Source: Enoplolaimus lenunculus
Taxonomy: Eukaryota
Direction: 5' to 3'
Length of the DNA: 64,000 bases
Assembly: GCA_030248215.1 (NCBI GenBank)
Contig: JASANG010003494.1
Span: 186,001-250,000 of the forward strand
Below, in pieces: positions 51,002-62,988 of the stretch. The notes beneath the pieces were generated by a model that was not told where the DNA came from, made no database searches, and saw only the letters and a list, made by a program, of their open reading frames with translations. A program made the position numbers and the translations under genes. How positions within the stretch are numbered: position 1 is the stretch's first letter; every line of letters starts with the position of its first letter.

Positions 51002-52542
51002 GTAAGTAACATCGACCAAACAGACACGCAGCCAAAGAGTGACCGTTTGAATTTTCAGCTAATTCTAGAAAATGTTTGTCTTCCGTTCTAAGAATGCAGA
51101 GGTGGAGTGGCGACCTGGCTTGCAAGTCAAGTGCCCAATGTACCCCGGTTGAAATTTGAACAGACCAAGAAAAAATTTTGATTATTTAACTATTTCTCTA
51201 AATTGTCCAGCCGATTTGTAGCGCCTCTCAGGTCCTGCAAGAAAACGCTCTGCTTATGACCTTCCTGGGACTAATTTGGCACTCGCTGAATTTAGTATTT
51301 AGCTGAATTTGCATTCGTTGAAAACGATAGCGGTTTATCATTGAGAAAGGATTATTTACATTTAAAATTAATATCCTATCATGCGATTTCACGTGTTAAA
51401 ATGATTTATTAGTTGGCGTGGTTTCAAGTATGCTCAAGAGTTTGAAAGCTGACCACGAATAGCAAATAATTGTAAGGAGGCTTAAGGGGATTTGAGGGGA
51501 TGTATATTCTGCTACTTAACAGCGTCGCTGGGAGCATAGAGAGGATGGCCAGTGTTACTTCTAGGGCTGTAACACGAGATTAAGCGTATTCCTAAGCCAA
51601 AGCCTACGACTAAGGGTTGCAAAAGCGTATTCCTAAGTCTAAGCCTAAGCTTAGGCCTACGCCTAAGTCAAAGCAAATATGTGGTCTGAAATATAAGCCT
51701 ACTCTTTTGCAGACGCACCAGAAACCAGGCCGACCCTAAAAGTAACATGGGCCGTAAGGGCCAATTATTTAAATTTTACAGTTTTTTGCGTGTTTTGAGG
51801 CAAGAACATTTAATCAAGATACAAATAATTTGAAAGGATACTCAGAACGCATCTTGTCAAAGTATTAGTTGCTTTAAAATACCGTTAAGTTTCTGTAAGA
51901 ACCGTATTAATCTTCATATGCACTCAAAATGTTATCTAAATGCGGATAAAAAAGTATTGGTAGCATCAAATTGAAAACTAATCACTGAAATTAAGACAAT
52001 TTAGGATAACTGAAAAATACTCATAGGAAAGAAAACCTACGAACTGAAATTTAAAACATTTTTTCCAAAATAAAAGAAAAAATACTCATTTTGAAAGGAA
52101 ACTACGTACTGAAATTAAAAAAATGTTTTAGCAGCGATTAGTGTATGTACGTACGTGTATGTATGTATGTCTATACAAGAAATAATATTTGACGGGTAAT
52201 AATTGAATAAACTTTGACCAAATTACGTTCCGCCGGAAGAAGAATTTTGGTGTTAATCTATTATTATTCCGGTTTAAACACTACACATGTTCTCAATGTC
52301 ACTGTTAATCCACTATGAATTAATAGATTTAAAATGATGCAGTCAGTCGTTTAATTACAAAGGGTCACAAATCAACGCATGGTTGAACCGAAACAATTAA
52401 AATTGAATGACAAAATGAGGCAAATCTTTTTGGCCCATGTATAAAACACGGCCGGATCGTTTTCCGGAGGGGCTATAATTGAGGCAGTTTAAACTTTAGG
52501 CTGATTTTGTGTTTGGCTTAGGCTTAGGAATATGATCATTGT

Positions 52543-52776
52543 TGTCAGTCTAGGTAGGATCCGGGACATCAGACCTTTCAACTAAGCAGCTGGAAAAGCG
52601 GGCTACAGCGAATCGAACTCTTTGCCTATGGATCCTAAGCGAATACTCTACCACTGCGTCACGTAGCCCGCCTGTCCAACTGCATTTTTCATTGACTATA
52701 TGTGTCGACCGTACAACACAATGTGCATTGCATTTATTGCATATGCACCAGCACAAGCATATCTCACATGCTTACA
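52543..52776 (-). mobile_element. Solo LTR of the same tRNA-bearing TRIM
   Basis: Reverse-complement match to the 7-kb LTRs from end to end, TG..CA termini, perfect TSD ATTGT at 52538-52542 and 52777-52781. It interrupts a TTAGGC MITE. Confidence 0.9.
52600..52668 (-). pseudogene. tRNA-Pro(AGG)-like Pol III unit within solo LTR
   Basis: GGCTACG/TGTAGCC acceptor stem, C discriminator, box A TGACGCAGTGG, box B GTTCGATTC, TT-AGG loop, TTTT terminator 2 nt downstream. The anticodon stem does not pair, so it is not a functional tRNA. Confidence 0.75.
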
Positions 52777-53196
52777 ATTGTTACGCTTGCGTTTAGGCTT
52801 AGGCTCAGGAATATGGTTATGCTACTGTTCCGGCCCTGTTCTATACATGGGCCATCTTTGTTTTCAAAATTTTACTCAAAGTTGATCTCAGTAGTTTTCT
52901 ACTTTACGACCAAAATTTTTAATCAGTGTAAACGGAGTTACTCTTCTGATACTACAGTTTGTTATATTATTTATCCAGTGAATTATTTTAACGCTCGGGT
53001 CTAAAAGTAAACAATTTCAAATTGCAATTGTAGGAGGCCGCCAAATAAGATTTTCTGCGGACACCCCTGACTGTTATTTCGTTCATAATTAACTTGTGCA
53101 ATAAAACATACATTTGCAAACTTTCGCAATTTCTAATAAAATATTGCTGCAAGAATTCTTATATGGAGCAGAGTCAAAGTGACCCATTGTTATTTC

Positions 53197-53296
53197 GGCC
53201 CATGTTACTTTCAGGGGCATCCAGGTATATGGCGGGTCCATAAAAGAGCAGGTTTAGATTCTAGATTACATTTTTTGCTTAGGCTTAACATTGGCC
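53197..53296. mobile_element. TTAGGC-containing MITE family B (Merlin-like), representative copy
   Basis: GGCCCATGTTA..TAACATTGGCC, perfect 8-bp TSD GTTATTTC. Other copies near 15745, 23610, 27616, 33334, 51547 and 58309. Confidence 0.85.
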
Positions 53297-56200
53297 GTTA
53301 TTTCTGTCATAGAAATATTTAGACTCGTGGTATCAGATGCGGCTTTAAACAGCTTTTCAAAAGCGAAACTAACGACATTACATACCTGTACTTAAAACGC
53401 TTCAATTTCTATATATTTTAATTTGCACATTTTTGCAATATTCAAAGCTATAATAATTGCATAACGTGCGCACAGATGTTACAATGCTTATTCTGCATTT
53501 ATAACGCGCAGCGTATATTAACATATTCACCATGGATCGCTCATTTTAGCCATTGTTCTGTTGTATCAAAACTGGCGTGCAATTTTGCAATTTAAACCCA
53601 AGATGCGATGATATAACGCAATGCTAAACGGATTGTTTAATGCAAAATGTCATTTATGTAAACGTTTGGTGCAGGATTGGGGCTAACAGGAGGGGACGTT
53701 TGCTTAACCAAGGATGTACACTGTATCCATTGTCTTGTGTTATTGTTAATTTTATGAATTTGGATTGTCAGTGATAAGTTGAAGCTTGGTAGTATCAGTG
53801 CTGAAATGTAGGTGGTAAATTTGGCTATATTTGCAGGGATTTGAAATGGTTATTTTTGCCAGAGTTGTTTTGTTACATCTGGTCCCTTAGACGATATGTA
53901 AATTGGAAGTAAAAGGGGTCTGGATGTATAGTAATTAAGGTAGTCGCCTAATGTGTTGTCAAAACGTTTTTGGCTCTTTGAACCAGAAATGTTCGAGTCC
54001 GTTTTGTACCGGTGCAGTTTAAACTTTATCAACTCTTGTTTTTCGGTTTAATCTTGTAAATAGTTCTAGCCAGTTTTCTAGGCACTTTTGTAGCCCCCCC
54101 CCCCACAGTAGAATAGTTTTGTTTGGTTCAGGCTTAGTTATACTGTTAAAGGCTTTAGGCTTGCAATGTGTTTATACTAACGACCCTCAGCTATATGGGT
54201 GTTGTGTGGGGAGAAAACATTGTTTTATACTTCAGGGTGGAAATGTTCCGATTTCTATTGGGTCCGTATCTTTTAATATGTATGTATATTATAAGATATA
54301 ATACATATCTCCATTATCACTTTCTCTAAGGCTCACCAGGGAAATTTAGGTCATGGGAGATTCGAGGGGGTTCCTTCGCTACCGGTGAAACCCATTTGCA
54401 ATTAGCAAAAAGATTCTGTCAAAAATCGAACAATTGTTCTAGTCGGACAACGTCATTCGACTGCATGCATTGAAGTATCGTTTCGGTTCGGTGAATCCGA
54501 ACCTGTGAACCTCACTGAAGATTGGCCTACTGAGTTACCCCCAGTTTAGACATAGAAACCGTTTAGATCTGCGTTCAGACTTGAGGTTGAAGTCAAATTG
54601 AATCAACCAGACAATGGTTAAATATCATTAGCAATTGTACCTGTTGATTGTTACCATTTGGGCTTAAGTGCTGAAACTAATCGCCGTGATAGTTATTACT
54701 TATCTTTGAGTACATTTGATCAGAGATTAATTTGGTACCAGACATCGTCCAGCCTAATATTTGCCTATGACCCCCGTTAGAATAGCAAAGTCTCGTAGCG
54801 AAATTTAAGGCAACTTTTGAAATATTGTGATTTAGGGACTCGCATACGTACATAATGCATATATGTCAGAGCTGCACGTTTACGCGCGGGTAAGAAACTT
54901 TTGATGCGGGTATACACGCGGGTAAAGAATTTCAAAGTGCGGGTAAAAATTTGTTAATCTTTACTCACCTAAAATTTTTCATAAGAATATTGAAACCTGA
55001 TAATGATGGAAAACTTGAATTTTTAAACTGTTTTTACCGTATGAGTGAAAAATAAGTAGCGAATACTGAGAGCAGATTTAAATCTACAGTTAATAAAGGA
55101 TCAAACTTTTTTGTTGTGTACGATGTGAAAGGTTGTTAGATGCTAACAGACCGCAAGGCCTTTGGTACCGACAACCGAGGTCGCTATATGATTGGCTGTC
55201 GGAAATAATCATTAAAAATATTTCAAGCGTACAAAATTATTGCATCCACGCTTTTAAAACTAGCCCTACCAGCTTTAAATGGGACTAAAATTTTTAGGAA
55301 CGGCATACTAAATGGTATTTAGTTTATAAGCTTGGTCAAAAATTGTCCGGGGAGATGGAAATTTTTCAAGGAACCAGATGCGGATCCAGCCATTTGACGG
55401 GCTGGCAAAACATATGCGATTGGCAGCGAAAAATTGTACATTTGGCTTATCGCTTTCTCCCCAAAAAACTTTCTGAAGAGAAAAATTGTACGCTAAGGAA
55501 CTTTACCATTGTATCACAAAAAATCTGACGAACAGGGCTAAACACATTATGCTTATCTTGACTTCATACACAGAAAACTGCAAATTTCATATCAACTCTT
55601 CGAAAACTGAGTTAAGCTTACTTAGATATGCATTCCAATATCTGTAAGCTAAATTTTAAACACGGGAATATTGCAAACACGTACATATCTTTTGTCACAA
55701 GGGAACGTTTAAGGACGCAGAAATGAGGAAGCAATTAGGGCACTTGCCTTGGTTACACCACCGTTTGACTGTTGCGGCACTGTGGAGTGTGTGTTTTCTC
55801 CAGCTTGTGCACGCCCGTTGCCAGGTCACTTGGCTAGGAAGGCTAAACATTTTTCAGGAGGGGCATTAAAGTTCTTCCAAAGGGGCTGATCCCTTCAGGG
55901 CTGGCCCCCTCTGGCTACGGGTTAGAGCCCGTGCCTCAAACTTCCAAGTTTTTTCAATATATATCAAATTAGTAGTTATAACCCCCCATAAATTAAGCTA
56001 AGTTTTCTAAATTTGATTTCTTTTAAGGAAGTCAATGTGGTGTTCCCTAAAATCTGTTTGAGCGGCCGTTCTCAAAAGAGTTCGGTTTTTTTGGCTGCGT
56101 CATTTGTCCGGTATCGCGACAATTCGTTGCCCGAAAACTGGTCACGTGGCAACTTGCAATCCAAAATTTCATCGACTCGACAATTCGTGATCCATCATTA

Positions 56201-56689
56201 CACTGCAACGGACTACACAAACTGCGTCAAAATTCGACTCCGCCAGATTCAAATTTGACACACTAAGCAGCACATTCGACTCTGGCGGAGTCGAATTTTG
56301 ACACAGTTTGTGTAGTCAGCAAAAGCCTATTTCAGAGAAAGTCAATTTGACTCACCATTTTTTTGCCGTGTAGGCTGAGTTTAGATTTATTCATAGGCTT
56401 TAGGACACTGCTGGGCGACAAGTTGTGCGGCGACGAATTGTTGCAGATTTGTTGTTGCAAATACGGCCAAAACTAACAGACGTTTGCAAACAACGTATTT
56501 GCATTTAACAAAGAAACTTGAACCAGTATTTTCAGCGCTGTGTCTAGTACCACAATTTAGCTTCAGTTTAAAATCCTTTCATTTAAATCTTGAGATTACT
56601 CCAAAACTGTTATCATTGATAATTTGTCTATTCTTCAAATACACGACAACGTAGATGGGTGATTTTATTTTTAATTTTTAAATTTTCAG

Positions 56690-56812
56690 ATAAAAACGAA
56701 TGTTTAATACGAAATGGAGGCTGTCATCATGACTGTTGCAATACGATTGGAACGTACTATTGCCGATGCTGGCCAGGATTTCAATTGGCTGCCGATAAAA
56801 AGCGATGTATAG
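56690..56812 (+). CDS. MEGF6: MEGF6-like exon 5, calcium-binding EGF
   Basis: TTTCAG/GTATGT. DKNECLIRNGGCHHDCCNTIGTYYCRCWPGFQLAADKKRCI. 123 bp, phase 1-1. Confidence 0.95.
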
Positions 56813-57360
56813 GTATGTTTGTGATTGGTTGATTTAATTTCTCGCATTTTGTAATTGGTCAATGATACTTTGAAAAGCTCAAGCGCCGCAACTACAGGGG
56901 TTGTCGCGCCGATTACGGACGGCTTCACCCCTGTCAGAAAAAATTTTATACAAACATTTCCTCATTACGGAGCTGAGAAGTTTCCATTGAGCATATGCTT
57001 GTTGTTTAGAATAAATCTAAGATTAAGTCTAAGCCTAAGCCTACTGTGGAACTGACAGCAGAAATACGGGATACACATGAAAATAAAAATAGACCTGGTG
57101 TCGTTTTTTGCTAAATATATTCGAATTTACGGCCAATGTATAGAACAGGTTAGTTACAGTAGTATCATGCATATTCCTAAGCCTAAGCGTAAGAATGACC
57201 TTTACCTAAGCCTAAGCCTAACCGCCAGCTTAAGCATGAAATAGTCTAAAGCTTAAACTTACTTTATTGCAGTCCCGCAAAAAACGTTCCGCTCCTGTTC
57301 TTTACATGAGCCGAGTTCATGAAGAATGTTTCAAATTTGAGACATTTGTTATTCTTTTAG

Positions 57361-57483
57361 ATGTCGACGAATGTGCTGTTCACAACGGTGGCTGCGAGTA
57401 CAAATGTGTCAACAAAGCAGGAGGGTTCAGATGTGAATGCCCCCCTGGTAAGGTTCTTCATCCTGACGGCCGACAATGTTTTG
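57361..57483 (+). CDS. MEGF6: MEGF6-like exon 6, calcium-binding EGF
   Basis: TTTTAG/GTATGT. DVDECAVHNGGCEYKCVNKAGGFRCECPPGKVLHPDGRQCF. 123 bp. Confidence 0.95.
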
Positions 57484-57545
57484 GTATGTGTGATTATTTA
57501 GATAATTATAGGGGGCCTATAGTGCCGTGTTGTGATCGGATACCA

Positions 57546-57797
57546 CACTGTAAATTTCAATGAGTTGGATAATCAATTCAGCGAGCGAGTTAGTTATTTC
57601 TGAATTAATATCAGTAAGCATTAATTCACTCTCAGTTGTGTTAATTCTCACTGTGAGTTGAGTTGACTCTGGGTGAGTTTTATAATTAACTCAGAATGAA
57701 TTGAATCAACTCAAAACTCTGAGTTCTGGTAGTCCTAACTCAGACTGAGTGATTCAACTCATTCTGAGTTAAAATCAACTCACTAAAATTTACAGTG
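57546..57797. mobile_element. CMC-like MITE, same family as 27049-27300
   Basis: CACTGTAAATTT..AATTTACAGTG, TSD CA. Confidence 0.8.
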
Positions 57798-59156
57798 CAC
57801 GATAATATCCTTTTGTAGGTGATGTCCAAAATGGTGCAGATACGTCTCGACTAAATTTCCTAAGAATATTGTTATATTTGAAGGTATACAGTACACGGTA
57901 CAATCGGTGGTCTGTATCCAGCTCCGGGAGAAAATCGACCTCCGGCTCAGCTTGAATTTGAGGTTCCGGCACAACCGACAGTGAATTTTTTCATATTTTC
58001 TAAAAATTATCATTCGCTCGATTAACTCTTGGCACAATTTTGAGGAATAAAATTGTATTGGTTTGGTAAAGTATGAACCTAAACTATATTTTTGATAACA
58101 CTTTAGAGATAGTTGTTATAGTTAGCAATTTGTTTCACTCGATCTCCGGTTGCGGCAAATTTTGTTAATCTTGCTCCGGTATTTTTCACATCTGGTTATA
58201 AAACGTTTTGCTTAAACACCTACTTGCTCGGCTAATTCATTATGGAGGCGTTTGCGATGACAGCGCTATTTGTTGTACATTTTAAGAATTCTTTCTGTTT
58301 AGTCTTAGGGCCAATGTTGCTTTAAGGAGCGTAACAGTAGATTAAGCGTATTCCTAAGCGTAAGCCTAAGCCTAAGCGTTGCAAAAATGTGTTCTTAAGC
58401 CTGAGCCTAAGCTTAAGCGTAAGCCTAAGCGTAAGCCTAAGCCTAAGCCTAAGCCTAAGCGTTGCAAAAATGTGTTCCTAAGCCTAAGCCTAAGCCTAAG
58501 CCTAAGCAAAAAATGTAATCTAGAATCTAAACCAACTCATTTTATGGACCCACCAGAAACCTGGACGCCCCTTAACGTAACATACGCCAGTCCTCGTCTT
58601 AGGCTTAGGTTCTTGTTTATAGCTTAGCCATTTTTAGTTATCAGCAGCTTTTTAAACCAGAAGCCTGCAGTTGTAACAAACTTGAAATATCATTTGAAGC
58701 ACTTTTAATTGCAAAATGCAAGTCAGTATAAGCTGCAACCGTTATCAGGGTACTATTCGCGTATCCAGAATTTTCTGTCTTGTAGGGGTATACAAAATGA
58801 CACATGATTGAAAAATGGTAGCGAGGGGACCTTACCATTTTTGACCAATGATTTTTAGACATAAATAAGCGGCGTATATGACCACGGCCGGCTGATAAGG
58901 GTTTTTGGCTTCGAAAAATTACAGGTCCATTTTTCGTTGATTTCAAAAAAATTATGTTAAAAGTTTGTCATATTTGCAAATTGTTTCTATTAGTTAAGCA
59001 AGTGCGGTACGCTGTGTTTTTTTTTGGTATCCCGACAATTCGTCACCCGACAACTTGTAATCCGACACTGCATCAACTTGACAATTTGTCGCCCATCGTT
59101 TACGCTCCGACTTAGGCTCAGAATTACGCTTAGTATTATGGTTAGATTTGTTTATG

Positions 59157-59358
59157 GACACTGGTGACCGACAAGCTGTCGGGCTTCAAATACTGTTGAC
59201 CGACAAGCTGTCGGGCGACAAATACTGTTGACCGACAAGCTGTCGGGCGACAAATACTGTTGACCGACAAGCTGTCGGGCGACAAATACTGTTGACCGAC
59301 AAGCTGTCGGGCGACAAATACTGTTGACCGACAAGCTGTCGGCCGACAAATTGTCGGC
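59157..59358. repeat. 32-bp tandem repeat x 6 with internal palindrome
   Basis: Unit AAATACTGTTGACCGACAAGCTGTCGGGCGAC. Confidence 0.95.
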
Positions 59359-60160
59359 AGATTCGTTTTTTTAATTTATGTTTTAGACGAAAATACATGC
59401 TCAATCAGCAATGGTGGATGTCATCACGTTTGCGAAGAAGAAGATGGTAAATTCACTCGTTGTCGGTGCAATTACGGATACAAGCTGGCACCGGATAAAC
59501 GAACCTGTTATGGTAAATTCCGGAATTATTGTGACTTCAACATATCGCAAAATATCCGCCCCCTCATTGAATAATTGCGTTAATAAGAAAACATTAACGG
59601 TTTAGGCATAGTCGTTGGCTTTCGGATTTGAAAATAATATAATGGCTAGGATTAGGTCTAGGTGTAGTGTTTGACTTTAGGCTATAAACTGTAATGTTGG
59701 AGATTTAACGTTATCCAATTAACATCAGTGGGGGAAGTTTTAGATGCAGTGCGCAGCGGATGAATTCTATCTACTATATTTTCGGGTTATATATGTAGTA
59801 CGCTTTTTTGAACCTGAATACTCAAAATAGCATTAGATGCTGTGACCTCGTAGAATTAAGCAGTTGATCAACGGACGTTCCTAGGATTTCAATTTAGTAG
59901 GATTATAAAAGAAATCGTGTAACCTCTAGAAGACAAGAAAGTTATTCTAGGTCCAGTTAAAAATTTGTTTTTTTTTGTCTCTCTTATGGTTTAGGGATCG
60001 GATATATGCCCTCATCCTGTTATTTTGCATACAACTTGCGGTGATTGAAACCCCGAAAATATATTAATATCGCAAAGAATTTAGAGCTTAGCTAAGTAAT
60101 TTTGTAAAATTTGTTGCTGTAATCACATTTTTATGTAATTATTTTTGTTTATGTTTTCAG

Positions 60161-60283
60161 CGTTTGATCCGTGTGAAGATAACAAAGGCGGATGTGAGCA
60201 TCATTGCGTTAATGATAATGGCCGAGCAAATTGCCAATGTTACCCAGGATATCAACTGGCTCCGGATCGTTTGTCTTGCGTTG
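60161..60283 (+). CDS. MEGF6: MEGF6-like exon 7, EGF
   Basis: TTTCAG/GTAAGT. AFDPCEDNKGGCEHHCVNDNGRANCQCYPGYQLAPDRLSCV. 123 bp. Confidence 0.95.
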
Positions 60284-60807
60284 GTAAGTTCGCTGAATCG
60301 GTGGGGAAAATAGCAAATGAGTTATGATTGCCTTTGGTCTCCAGGGATTGCTTTTAAATGGTACGATTAATGTTTTAAACTCTGGACGGGTTTCAATTTG
60401 CCTACATTCCGCAACCACGGGGGGTGGCGAAGGCGGTGCGTTCCCTAGGAGAGCTTTGTCTCCCATGGCCGAAAATTATTTCCGCTGTATTAAAATAATT
60501 CTATTTTTGGAAAATTTAGTTTGCTCACCCTATGAAAACTTTGCCCTTCCACTATTAACGATTCCTAGTTGCATGGCTGTATATACTTGACTACAACGAA
60601 TGGTAAATTTCAAAGCTTAGCACACGTTTTGCATTTGATTTGGGCGACGGTGCGAACCAAGATTCAGGTTTAGCATCTGCTACACAGTTTGCTGATTTGA
60701 AAACCTATCATTGACGGACAATAGATGCTACATACATTTGAAAATATTGGTGTAAGACCAAGCGTAACGCAAAGAAATTTAGTCAACTTGAATTTAATTA
60801 ATTTTAG

Positions 60808-60933
60808 ATTTTGACGAATGTTCTGAACTGTATCGAGGTGGATGTCAATATCGATGTATCAATACTCAAGGATCGTTTAGGTGCGCTTGCTCAGATGGCT
60901 ACGAACTCGGGACGAATGGGAAATCGTGCCAAA
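60808..60933 (+). CDS. MEGF6: MEGF6-like exon 8, calcium-binding EGF
   Basis: [54 protein letters not shown]. 126 bp. Confidence 0.95.
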
Positions 60934-61074
60934 GTGAGTTCGCCTTTTTAACTTTATACTTTCAGGCGTAGCCAGAGGGGGGGCGAGGTGGCTAATACCC
61001 CCTCCAATGACGTTGACTAATATAGTTATGGGAATAACTAAATGCTAGGTGAAACAAAAAAAGTAAGAAACTGA

Positions 61075-61160
61075 ATATATATACGTATATATATGTATAT
61101 ATATTATATATACATATATACATATATATATTATATATACATACATACATACATACGTAC
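61075..61160. repeat. (TA)n/(TACA)n microsatellite
   Basis: Direct reading. A similar tract lies at 49497-49543. Confidence 0.9.
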
Positions 61161-61186
61161 ACTTAAGTAATAGGCGCGGCTCAGCA

Positions 61187-61341
61187 CAGGCCCGTAGCCA
61201 GCTTGCATTGCTAGGGGGAGCTTAAAAATTTTCAGAAGGGACATACAAGGGTTTTCGTTGACTTACAAGCAAAGTTGAAAATTTTCTAGGGGGCCAAAAC
61301 TTTTTCAGCGGAGACTGACCCCTCTGCCACGCTTAGCTACT
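61187..61341. mobile_element. CAGGCCCGTAGCCAG MITE family (hAT-like), representative copy
   Basis: Shared core CAAGCAAGGTTGAAAATTTTCTAG. Copies near 18813, 20339, 25271, 28408, 29065, 38118, 45265, 46201, 47344, 55812 and 63516. Confidence 0.75.
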
Positions 61342-61437
61342 TAGTAAACGTTTTACTTGAGACGTTCAGGTAGAAAAAATTAGCAGAAGTTTATGGATTG
61401 TGGCTGTTGCAATATTTACTAATTTATGATTTTGCAG

Positions 61438-61563
61438 AAATCAAAGAATCTTGCGCTGTCAATAACGGCAAATGTCAACACAATTGTAAAGATGTGAAGA
61501 ATGGAGTGAACTGCAGTTGCTATAAAGGATACAAGCTTGCCGAAGACAGAAAGTCATGTTACG
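61438..61563 (+). CDS. MEGF6: MEGF6-like exon 9, EGF
   Basis: TTGCAG/GTACGT. KIKESCAVNNGKCQHNCKDVKNGVNCSCYKGYKLAEDRKSCY. 126 bp. Confidence 0.95.
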
Positions 61564-61955
61564 GTACGTGACCACACTATCGGATCCAGAGCGGGGGCGC
61601 ATAAGCCCCCGTGAGAAATTTTTTTGGGATAAAATGGTAAGGTCGTTACCATACAATTTGTGCTTCCTCATAAAATTGGCACTGCATACAGTAAAAGTTG
61701 CGTTTCCTAACTTTTGACTGCTCGCCTCACCTGTCACAAATTTCTAGACCCACCGCTGCGTGCTCGTATCCGCTAAAGGGATGAGCAGAAAACACTATTC
61801 CCCATATGAAAAATTTTGGTTTCTCTGGAAAAGTTTCAGTTTGGTTAAAAATGGTAATATTGGGGCATTTTACAAATTTTCACTGTTGTGCGATTAAAAT
61901 TATGTTTGGCTTTTCGTTCGCTTCGTTCGCCATTTTCAAATTGTCACTATTTCAG

Positions 61956-62078
61956 ATATTGACGAATGTGCTTCGAGCAACGGCGGATGCGATCACGGAT
62001 GTGAGAATTTAGACGGAAGACATCGGTGTTACTGCCGCGCTGGGTATAGGCTTAAACCGGATGGCCTGGCTTGTCAAG
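61956..62078 (+). CDS. MEGF6: MEGF6-like exon 10, calcium-binding EGF
   Basis: [49 protein letters not shown]. 123 bp. Confidence 0.95.
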
Positions 62079-62495
62079 GTTCAGTTACATTTGATTTAAA
62101 ACAATGGAGTTTATTTTGTTAATATTATATCTTCATCTGTCATCAGTTAGTGATAGGTTTTCACACAGACGAACTAAATGTTGTAATAAAAAGTTGTACA
62201 CAGTTTTGTATTAACGAAAGTTACATGTGTTAACAGACTTTGATAACACATGATTGAGATGTTAAAAATGTTAACCACCTGATTGCACAATCAATCGGAA
62301 TCGGAATTTTAAAATTTTAATTTTAATCTTACTTGTTGTGATACGTAGTGGCCAGTAACCCGAACAATCTATGTTTATGCTCTGGTGGCTGATCCTCGAT
62401 TCTCTATTGGTAGACGCTACTTTTTGGTTTTCCAAAATTTAAATTTTTAAAATGCGGGTTCAGAAGACATTTAATTATTAATTTATAATATATAC

Positions 62496-62832
62496 AGATA
62501 CGGATCCAAACCTTTTTGACAGAGGGGGCGGGCTGGGCAAAAGTTATGAAACGCAAAAATTGTAAAGTCGAGAGCTTATCATTTTATCACCAAAAACTTT
62601 TCTGACGGCGAAAAATTGTAAGCTGGGAACGTTACCATTTTATCAAAAAAATTCTGCGGGGAAAAATTGTGTTTTTTACAAAAAAATTTTGTGCGGGAAA
62701 AAATTGTGTTTTTTTACACAAACAAAAATTTCTGTGGGGAAAAATAGTGAGGTGGGGACCTTACCATTTTAACACAAAAAAATTCTGACCGGAGGCGTAC
62801 GCCCCTCCCCGCCTTCCCTTTGGATCCGCTAG
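62496..62832. mobile_element. CGGATCCA-terminal MITE with internal ACCATTTTATC repeats
   Basis: CGGATCCA..TGGATCCG ends. Related sequence near 11100, 34950, 43090, 55380 and 61580. Confidence 0.6.
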
Positions 62833-62865
62833 TGTATATGTATCATATTCAACTTGTGCTTTCAG

Positions 62866-62988
62866 ATATCGATGAATGTATTGAAGGCGTTGCGTCATGT
62901 TCACACGAATGCATTAATACGCCTGGTTCATTTCGATGTGAATGTAAACCAGGATTCGTTATCCGATCGGACGCAACTGACTGTAAAG
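62866..62988 (+). CDS. MEGF6: MEGF6-like exon 11, calcium-binding EGF (gene continues past window)
   Basis: TTTCAG/GTATCA. DIDECIEGVASCSHECINTPGSFRCECKPGFVIRSDATDCK. 123 bp, no stop codon. Confidence 0.95.

Noticed and set aside
59157..59358. CRISPR-like array
   Set aside because: Contiguous near-identical units with no unique spacers, eukaryotic context, no cas genes.
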